A stretch of 42,815 bases of DNA from Octopus bimaculoides (Eukaryota). Shown here one piece after another: positions 34,201 through 42,815 of the stretch. The translations under genes were made by a program, and so were the position numbers. The DNA lies in NCBI RefSeq assembly GCF_001194135.2, contig NC_069006.1, positions 14,486,508-14,529,322 on the forward strand, in the 5' to 3' direction. Numbering within the stretch: the first letter of the stretch is position 1; every line of letters begins with the position of its first letter. The notes beneath the pieces are model-generated. The model worked only from the letters and a program-made list of their open reading frames with translations, did not search any database and was not told the DNA's origin.

Positions 34201-34416
34201 CATTTCTTTTATTAGCCACACAGGGCTCAACGAAGATGGGACAAATACAATGTAGAGCTTTTCTTTTTGGGAGGGGGGAAGGAAGGAAAAAAAAAAAAAA
34301 AAAAAAAAAAAAANNNNNNNNNNNNNNNNNNNNNNNNNNNNNNNNNNNNNNNNNNNNNNNNNNNNNNNNNNNNNNNNNNNNNNNNNNNAAAAAAAAAAAA
34401 AAAAAAAAAAAAAAAA
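34201..34416 (-). mobile_element. Possible non-LTR retrotransposon 3' end inserted in (TAGA)n
   Basis: Minus strand poly-T...ctctacattgtatttgtcccatc...gccctgtgtggctAATAAAgaaat, running directly into a (TATC)n tail; includes gap 34314-34388. Confidence 0.4.
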
Positions 34417-35454
34417 TAGTTAGATAGATAGATAAATAGGTAGATAAATAGATAGATAGATAGATAGGTATATAGGTAGATAGATAGGCAGACAATCAGA
34501 GAGAAAGGCAAAAGACAAATAGGTATCAATATAGATGTATAGAAGATATATGTGCATTTGTGCATATATATTTGTATGTATATGCGTGTGTGTATCTTTG
34601 TGTGTGTGTGTACATATATACACAGACGTATACATATGAATGTTTATATGTTTGTGCACGTAATTATGTTTCTATGTCTGTTTGTAGTAGTGTCTGAGTT
34701 AGTAAATCGATATAGAGAGAAAAAAAAGTGCGTACAGTTGCTACCCCTCTATGCAAAAATCGGAGTTGATTGATTTTATAAAATTAGCATTAGAGTGAAG
34801 TTAAACTAATGTCGATATATTTCACTAAAATGCTTTAAAGTTTTCGTCCAGGCACGACTACAAACCCAATGAATGAAAGCAAGCAGGATACAGGACAATT
34901 AACTAGAGACCCTATTGGGTTAATAATAATCAATGTTGAGTAAAAAGATTGAAAACTAAACACAGATATCATCTACGTCTGGCAACGGACAGACGTTTGG
35001 TCTAGAACTACATATGCCATCAACTGAAGCGTTACTGATTGGTACGAACTTGATGTAATTACGAGGTGTTTTGATAGCAAGGTTGCACAGTATAATTGTA
35101 TGCTACTGGTTACCTAGATACAACGTTCCTGATTTCCATATGTAAACTGATAATATAATTTAGTATTATTACATGGTTAAAAGTGTTGAGATGTTGGATT
35201 GTGTGGATGTCGAGGTTGTTGTTGTTGGGAAGGGGGGGTTGATTTCGGGTGTGTTGCTAGGGAGATAATATAATGGCATATGTATGTACATGTGCATCTA
35301 TGCATTCATACACAGAGACAGGCAGAGATGCTTGTACACATGCGTAGACACACATACACACGCCATATATACGTGTGAGCGTCGATAGAGCAGTACATGT
35401 TACATATATTGATTGTGTTTCCCATCCTGACCGAGAAACCTTATACATCTAGTG

Positions 35455-35615
35455 GTCATATATATATGTATATATGTGTGTATGTGTGTGTGTGTATGTA
35501 TATATATATGTACATATGTATGTATTTATGTGTGTATGTGTGTGCGTGTATATATTTATATATATGTGCGTGTGTATGTATGTATGTATGTATGTATGTA
35601 TGTGTGTGTCCGTGT
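35455..35615. repeat. (TA)/(TG)/(TATG) microsatellite
   Basis: Directly visible. Confidence 0.9.
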
Positions 35616-36663
35616 GTAACTTCGAGCAAAAAATAACTGCTTATTGGATTATAACTTGTTTCCATATTGATACAGTCGGGCCCGCATAGGTCGTTGCACC
35701 TGACAATATGGACGATTCTTCAGACACACTGGCCAGAAGCAAATAGCCTTTTCATTATGCTGAATATATATATATATATATATACATATATATANNNNNN
35801 NNNNNNNNNNNNNNNNNNNNNNNNNNNNNNNNNNNNNNNNNNNNNNNNNNNNNNNNNNNNNNNNNNNNNNNNNNNNNNNNNNNNNNNNNNNNNNNNNNNN
35901 NNNNNNNNNNNNNNNNNNNNNNNNNNNNNNNNNNNNNNNNNNNNNNNNNNNNNNNNNNNNNNNNNNNNNNNNNNNNNNNNNNNNNNNNNNNNNNNNNNNN
36001 NNNNNNNNNNNNNNNNNNNNNNNNNNNNNNNNNNNNNNNNNNNNNNNNNNNNNNNNNNNNNNNNNNNNNNNNNNNNNNNNNNNNNNNNNNNNNNNNNNNN
36101 NNNNNNNNNNNNNNNNNNNNNNNNNNNNNNNNNNNNNNNNNNNNNNNNNNNNNNNNNNNNNNNNNNNNNNNNNNNNNNNNNNNNNNNNNNNNNNNNNNNN
36201 NNNNNNNNNNNNNNNNNNNNNNNNNNNNNNNNNNNNNNNNNNNNNNNNNNNNNNNNNNNNNNNNNNNNNNNNNNNNNNNNNNNNNNNNNNNNNNNNNNNN
36301 NNNNNNNNNNNNNNNNNNNNNNNNNNNNNNNNNNNNNNNNNNNNNNNNNNNNNNNNNNNNNNNNNNNNNNNNNNNNNNNNNNNNNNNNNNNNNNNNNNNN
36401 NNNNNNNNNNNNNNNNNNNNNNNNNNNNNNNNNNNNNNNNNNNNNNNNNNNNNNNNNNNNNNNNNNNNNNNNNNNNNNNNNNNNNNNNNNNNNNNNNNNN
36501 NNNNNNNNNNNNNNNNNNNNNNNNNNNNNNNNNNNNNNNNNNNNNNNNNNNNNNNNATAATAATGATACGGATAATAGATAAATAAATAAATGATGAATA
36601 AAAAAAGAAAATAGATTCAAACATGACATTCCTCCAAGAAAGTTATGCCCTTTTCCTACGGAA

Positions 36664-36790
36664 AGCACCGCCTTGAAGAGTTCCGGTTGAAGAAGTCCAT
36701 CCAAGGACTTATTAGTTTTTCAAGCCTAGTACTTTTATATCGGACTTTTTCGTCGAACCACCAAGTTGCGGAGACGTAAACACATCACCA
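36664..36790 (-). mobile_element. SINE family A 3' module, diverged
   Basis: agcaccgcc...ccaaggacttatt...caagcctagtactt...cgaacc.ccaagtt.cgg.gacgtaaacac. Confidence 0.82.
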
Positions 36791-36840
36791 CTTTTTGTCA
36801 CATAGACCAATACACATATGCATTCGACGGACCACTTCAA

Positions 36841-37030
36841 GTGTTTGTCCTCCCCAACATCGCTTGACAACCGATGCTGGTGTGTTTACGTCACCGTAAC
36901 TTAGCGGTTCGGCAAGAGAGACCGATAGAATAAGTACTAGGCTTACAAAGAATAAGTCCTGGGGTCGATTTGCTCGACTAAAGGCGGTGCTCCAGCATGG
37001 CTGCAGTCAAATGACTGAAACAAATAAACG
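36841..37030 (+). mobile_element. SINE family A 3' module, well preserved
   Basis: Near-identical to 22115-22300. Confidence 0.93.
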
Positions 37031-37429
37031 AAAGATAAAAGAAAGATTCAAATAAAATTACTTGGTCCTATGCATCAGTTGCAACAGACTCGTCTATCCC
37101 CTTTGTGCCAGTTTGATATAGCCACTTTTTCTTTTTGTCATTGATAGTTTTAATTCCAAAGCTATGTGTTGTATGCCGTATCGATTTAATTCACTAAACT
37201 ACCCCCCTATCCCATAGGTGTGGCCCTATATCAGTCAGAGTTCAGTAACTGAAGCTAATACTAGAGAGAAAGAAAATAAAATTTACTAATAGAAACAACA
37301 AACGCTAGGAAGTGTATTTGCACAAAAGATAAGTTATTACGTCTAGGTATGAATTTAGTGTAGTGAAGTCAGAGGTTTTGAAAAACGCAATCTATAATTT
37401 GAGGCTATATAATTAAGTTTGCATAATTA

Positions 37430-37467
37430 TGCATGTATGTATATATGTGTGCGTAGCTGTGTGTATG

Positions 37468-37552
<85 letters not shown>
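37430..37552. repeat. (TA)n(TG)n microsatellite running into a gap
   Basis: Directly visible. Confidence 0.95.
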
Positions 37553-38499
37553 NNNNNNNNNNNNNNNNNNNNNNNNNNNNNNNNNNNNNNNNNNNNNNNN
37601 NNNNNNNNNNNNNNNNNNNNNNNNNNNNNNNNNNNNNNNNNNNNNNNNNNNNNNNNNNNNNNNNNNNNNNNNNNNNNNNNNNNNNNNNNNNNNNNNNNNN
37701 NNNNNNNNNNNNNNNNNNNNNNNNNNNNNNNNNNNNNNNNNNNNNNNNNNNNNNNNNNNNNNNNNNNNNNNNNNNNNNNNNNNNNNNNNNNNNNNNNNNN
37801 NNNNNNNNNNNNNNNNNNNNNNNNNNNNNNNNNNNNNNNNNNNNNNNNNNNNNNNNNNNNNNNNNNNNNNNNNNNNNNNNNNNNNNNNNNNNNNNNNNNN
37901 NNNNNNNNNNNNNNNNNNNNNNNNNNNNNNNNNNNNNNNNNNNNNNNNNNTATATATATATTAGCGTTATGAATCAGTAAATAGGACGTGTAATTAAGGA
38001 TGTATAATTAACTGTGAGTAATTAGTGGGTTATATACTTGCAACGACTTCTAATTAACGATGACTAGGTTTGCGTGTGTAAACTATAGATATGGAAGGGC
38101 CAACACCTGTGTAAATAAGGGATTTTATTTATCTATGTGTGTGCCTGTATCCGTGCGTGTGTGTGTTTGTGTTTGTGTGCGAGCGTGTGTGTACGTGTGT
38201 GTACGTGTGTGCGTTTATGTGGCTAAAGGTGTATAAGTGTTTTAGCAGAGCCAATCGTATTTCTTGTTTGTTTAATTTATCACTCCAACTGATCCCCCAA
38301 CAAAGTAGTCATATCACTGCAGACGTTCCCAGCGTGAACGTCCTGTCTATTTCTAGAAGCCTGCATTACCGAGGAGTTAGTCCTTCATGATTATGTATCC
38401 CTCCCCCACATTCATGACGTTCACGTAATAATTTAGGGGCAATCGATATTGATTTCGTGTTGCTTGTACGATCGCGAACACGCTCGCTCCTTCGTTGCC

Positions 38500-38690
38500 T
38501 CGGGTTGTACCTGTAATTTAAAAAGGGCCAGCTTTGTCATACTCAGTATCACACTGAATTTCCTTGTGAACTACGTTAAGGGTACTCGTGTCTGTGGAGT
38601 GCATAACTACCTGTACGTTAACTTCACAAACAGACTGTTCCGGTGATCGGATCAGGTTGAACGCTTGTCGTCTTAACCAGGTGGAGTACC
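38500..38690 (+). mobile_element. SINE family C 3' half, diverged
   Basis: gttgtacctgtaattt..aagggccagc...gaactacgttaagggtactcgtgtctgtggagtgc...gatcggatca. Confidence 0.85.
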
Positions 38691-38754
38691 TGACAGTAAT
38701 AGTGAACATAAAAATTAGATTCGAAGTTCATCACACAAGGACGGTGCTTTTTTT

Positions 38755-39015
38755 AGGGAGGTGGTTAGTCGATTAGATCGACCCCAGTACAAAACTGTAA
38801 CATTATTGTATTTAGCCCAAGGCGGCGAGCTGGCAGAATCGTTAGCAAGCCGGGCGGTATTTCGTCTGTCTTTACGTTCTGAGTTCAAATTCCGATGAGG
38901 TCGACTTTGGTTTTCATCCATTCGGGGTCGATAAATTCAGTACCAGAATTTGAACGTAGTACGTAAAGATGGGCGAAATGACGCTAAGCATTTTTGTCCG
39001 GCCAGTCAACGATTA
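38755..39015. mobile_element. Rearranged SINE family B pieces (minus 38755-38794, plus 38819-38946, minus 38947-39015)
   Basis: Three B segments in alternating orientation; see findings. Confidence 0.85.
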
Positions 39016-39049
39016 GTACTACTAAACGTCACCTTAACAATCTTAATAA

Positions 39050-39243
39050 TAATGATTTCAAATTTTGGCACATGGCCAGCAATTACATCGATATCAATAT
39101 ATAACTGGTACTTATTTTATCCACTCCGAAAGGATGAAAAGCAAAGTCGACCTCAGGGTAATTTGAACTGAAGATATAAACACAGACAAAATAACGCTAA
39201 GCGTTCTGTCCAGAATTATAATGATTCTGCCATCACACCGCCG
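39050..39243 (-). mobile_element. SINE family B with (ATT)n tail
   Basis: aataataatgatttcaaattttggcacatggcc...ctggtacttattttatcc...gattctgccatcacaccgcc. Confidence 0.85.
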
Positions 39244-39251
39244 TAGTAACG

Positions 39252-39370
39252 ATGGTTTCAAATTTTGGCACAAGAACAGCAATTTCGAGGGGGGGGGGAT
39301 AGTCTATTACAGCGACCCCTGTGTTTAAATGGTACTTATTTTATCGACTCCTGAAACGATAAAAGGCAAT
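39252..39370 (-). mobile_element. SINE family B 3' half
   Basis: atggtttcaaattttggcacaag...ggtacttattttatcgactcctgaaacgataaaaggc. Confidence 0.85.
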
Positions 39371-39552
39371 GTAAATATTGGGTTGCAGGAACCGTTTTGA
39401 ATGGAAAAAGTTGAAGGCTTGTTCACGACTTTCAGCGATTTTCCAAAAGACTGTCAGCGATTTTCCTACAAAACAAAAACCAAAAATCAGTAAAATTAAA
39501 AATTCTTTCCTCTAATGACGCAAACAAGTAAATGTGTAAAATGAGTACACAA

Positions 39553-39583
<31 letters not shown>

Positions 39584-40259
39584 CGCACACAGACACACAC
39601 AAATACATATCAAACACAAATATGTAATGTATATGTGTGTATATATAACGTATACGTTTGCATGTAATTAACGCCAAAGAATATGCTTATACCGACTTCA
39701 TGGATATGTAACATGTTCCGTATCACAAAATTTAGAACATCTGGATGATAAAAGGAGAGGATTTCGAAGAGGGATATTTACGAAATACCACAATATAGTG
39801 GGGAAGTTATACGAGAAATCATATAGCTTCTTTTCATTGGAAATGATGTTGGGAAAGACGAAAATATAAAAAAATACGAGTAAAAAACATCGAAACAAAA
39901 CAAACGACAAGACAGAAATGTTTCGTAAACATGACTGCGCAGCGCTCTGTAAAGGTGAAGGTCACATGACATTCTAACACGTGATGTGTGGGCAGGGAGT
40001 TTCAGGGAATTTCTCACGTAGTCCGAGAAGCTACGTTCAAACTACAACAAGAATATCAAATGGAGAGATAGATATTACCCTGTCAACATGATTGATCGAT
40101 TTGTGTTTGGGTTATCTATTTGTAAACCGTGTGTATGTATATATGCGAGTATATTCATATGTACACACACACAAATTCACAAACACACATACGCACATAT
40201 ATACATAGTTACATACACCTACTCTTAAAGGCAGACACGTATATGAATATATGAAGATT

Positions 40260-40442
40260 GGAAGGACGTATAAGAATACACACACACACACACACACACA
40301 CTCACATATCTATACGTATATGTGTGTGTGTCGGTGAGTGTGCCTGTGTATGTGCTGTATATTTAGATTCATTCAGTATATATGTGCACATGTATATGTA
40401 TATGCGTACACACACACACGTACACACACACACACGTACACA

Positions 40443-40495
<53 letters not shown>

Positions 40496-40500
40496 TTGTG
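40260..40500. repeat. (CA)n-rich compound microsatellite
   Basis: Directly visible. Confidence 0.9.
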
Positions 40501-40989
40501 TATATGCAACCTCATACTCGCAATTATTTTTAGATAAATGACTCATGTACTATAGAAATGAACAGTTCCAGCTGATAGCTTGCCCAACAGTTGGCCTTAC
40601 AAAGTTTGTAAGAATAAAACGTGCCGTCACTCACATTCTACGACGTCCTAACATTAGATATGATACACAGGTGGTAATTTTAATCTAACGCCGACTCTTC
40701 CATAGAACAAGTTTTTAATCGGCTGATTGGCTATTTACAACACAAATCATTGTTCATTCACTAATTGTAATATCGTTGGCCTTGCTATTCGATTGACTGT
40801 TACTATGGGAGACTGACAGCGCCCAGAGCATCAGCAATGATTCTTTGAATTTTTACTAGTTGATACGGGGACGTTTTGCGTCTGCCTCCGATATATATTG
40901 TGTTATTAGACACACCACGTCAATAGGCGATATTATCTCCGACGAATGCCGCTTTAGGTTTACTTTCTGCGATGCTTTATAACTAAGAT

Positions 40990-40990
<1 letters not shown>

Positions 40991-41025
<35 letters not shown>

Positions 41026-41033
41026 GCGCGCGC

Positions 41034-41108
<75 letters not shown>
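40991..41108. repeat. (CA)16(CG)6(TA)19(TG)18 uninterrupted alternating purine-pyrimidine tract
   Basis: Units counted directly from the sequence. Confidence 0.93.
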
Positions 41109-41123
<15 letters not shown>

Positions 41124-41475
41124 TTACACATGCATATGCGTACAGACACACAATTATATATATATATGTATATATACGTTTGTGTGTATATATATATATA
41201 TATATATACATAGGTAAAGCGTGGAAGNNNNNNNNNNNNNNNNNNNNNNNNNNNNNNNNNNNNNNNNNNNNNNNNNNNNNNNNNNNNNNNNNNNNNNNNN
41301 NNNNNNNNNNNNNNNNNNNNNNNNNNNNNNNNNNNNNNNNNNNNNNNNNNNNNNNNNNNNNNNNNNNNNNNNNNNNNNNNNNNNNNNNNNNNNNNNNNNN
41401 NNNNNNNNNNNNNNNNNNNNNNNNNNNNNNNNNNNNNNNNNNNNNNNNNNNNNNNNNNNNNNNNNNNNNNNNNNN

Positions 41476-41521
<46 letters not shown>

Positions 41522-41805
41522 TATTTTGTCCACATGCATATGTATATCACGTTGTACATTTATGTACGTATATATGTGTCTGTGTGTGCGCGCGCGCATT
41601 TGAGTGTGCGTGCGTGAGTGTTTGCGTGCGTGCGTGTGTGTGTTCATATGCATTCATTTTTCTCCACTTGCACATTTAATTCATATATATCCAGTCACTG
41701 CTGGAATTGGAATTTACTTCGAAAGCTTTTCAGCACAAATGAATTATTGGTATGTGCGCGTGTATATGTCTATGTGTGTATATATATATGTATATATATA
41801 TATAT

Positions 41806-41990
41806 ATGGGAGAATTTACGAAAAAAAAACAACAGACGAAGGCCAGTGGTGTAAACAACAAATGTATGTATTAGTTTAACGCTCGGGAATAGAGAAAGGC
41901 TTTGACGTTTCGAACCGACGCTCTTCAACTGAAAGGAACGCAGAAAGAAATAAGGAGAGAGACAAGGAGAAAAATATATGAATGTAGTGG
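41806..41990 (-). mobile_element. Dispersed repeat copy 2, probable Penelope-like terminal repeat with hammerhead-like motif
   Basis: Homologous to 2710-2836; abuts (TA)n via ggagaattta, resembling ggagaaatta at the Penelope fragment end (4482). Confidence 0.7.
41900..41935 (-). ncRNA. Degenerate minimal type-I hammerhead ribozyme-like motif
   Basis: Minus strand CUUU CAGUUGA A GAGC GUCG GUUC GAA ACGU C AAAG: stem I CUUU/AAAG, stem II GAGC/GUUC, palindromic ACGU stem III, GUC cleavage triplet; core U4 and A6 are substituted. Confidence 0.55.
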
Positions 41991-41996
41991 TCATCG

Positions 41997-42305
41997 TGCA
42001 ACTAGGAAGTTCCTCTCCTCGGCACAAGTCCGATCAAGGTAATGTATGGATGACCAGCAGTCGCCCATGCATACCACCAGCCTCAATCTTTTCACGCCAC
42101 TGATGTTATCCAAGGGAAAGGCAAAGGGGCCGATACAGCTTGGCACAAGTGACTTCGCAACTCATGTCTACAGCTGAGTGAACAAGAGCAACATGGAATA
42201 AAGTGTCTCGCTCAAGAAAAACAACACATTCCCGGCGCGTGAATCGAACTCACTGGCTCAAGATTGCTAGCCCGACGCTTTGACCACTGAGCCATACACC
42301 TTCAC
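41997..42305 (-). mobile_element. SINE family D, near full length
   Basis: Minus head gtgaaggtgtatggctcagtggtcaaagcg...gagttcgattc (A/B boxes), central domain shared with 23465-23623, plus 3' tail. Confidence 0.88.
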
Positions 42306-42694
42306 TAAACCACGTAGTAACAACACAGCCATGCCTGCTCATACAGAACGTAAACAACAATTGTAATTTATATTACGCTTTATATGGGTTCCAGGGCACT
42401 ATGTCGTTGTATTAGGATCCAATGCTTTCTATACATTTACACTACTTATTGGCCAGATATGTTTTTTTTGCTGGGCTGGTGGGGGATGTAAGTGATGGAG
42501 GGGTGGGGGGACAGGCGATGCACTATGTATTTTTTTTTTTTTTTTTACGTATATTTTATGTGTTTCTGTTTTATTATATGGCAACCGTGTTTTTCAACTG
42601 GGAAATGCTTCGTTATTAATAACAATTTAACTACAGTCACTTTGCTGATTCGTGTACGCACGCATGTAAGTACGATAGTATACAAATACGTATA

Positions 42695-42695
42695 T

Positions 42696-42732
<37 letters not shown>

Positions 42733-42815
42733 GAGAGAGAGAGAGTGAGAGAGAGAGAGATAAATAGATAGATACATGTTTATAGATATACGCACACATA
42801 TTATATATATATTAT
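42695..42815. repeat. (CA)n(TA)n(GA)n compound microsatellite
   Basis: Directly visible. Confidence 0.93.

Noticed and set aside
40535-40735. Promoter/enhancer (ATGACTCAT AP-1-like site, CTGATTGGCT CCAAT box)
   Set aside because: Short motifs like these are expected by chance in 43 kb, and there is no associated gene start or CpG-rich region.
23-42799. Most ORFs in the supplied track (IY-, CV-, HT-, poly-I/N/V/L-rich, and ORFs spanning X runs)
   Set aside because: They are translations of dinucleotide or trinucleotide microsatellites, or read through N gaps. They show no domain content.

Overview
This is an AT-rich, repeat-saturated animal genomic window with no protein-coding gene that I can recognise. 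It is intronic or intergenic. About 5.0 kb (~12%) is N gaps in 13 blocks, almost all flanked by microsatellites. The SINE families and the extreme (TA)n/(CA)n/(AAT)n load look most like an octopus/cephalopod short-read scaffold; this taxon call is pattern recognition, not a database result. Supported content: (i) four tRNA-like SINE families, labelled A-D here, in many full and partial copies; (ii) decayed non-LTR retrotransposons: an internally deleted R4/Dong-type element at ~10040-11627, a second Dong-type 3' end embedded in (AAT)n at 26577-26902, an RTE-type 3' end at ~28600-28932 and a Penelope-like fragment at ~4480-5010; (iii) many simple and compound microsatellites, which explain nearly all ORFs in the supplied track. 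The most interesting signal is a two-copy dispersed repeat (2754-2789 and 41900-41935, minus strand) that folds as a minimal type-I hammerhead ribozyme of the Penelope-associated, dimer-dependent kind, but with core substitutions. Also notable: a recurring tail-to-tail pairing of Dong elements and family-B SINEs through shared (AAT)n tracts, a base-resolvable 152-bp inversion inside a SINE, and several close inverted SINE pairs that could form dsRNA. I found no complete novel gene system.
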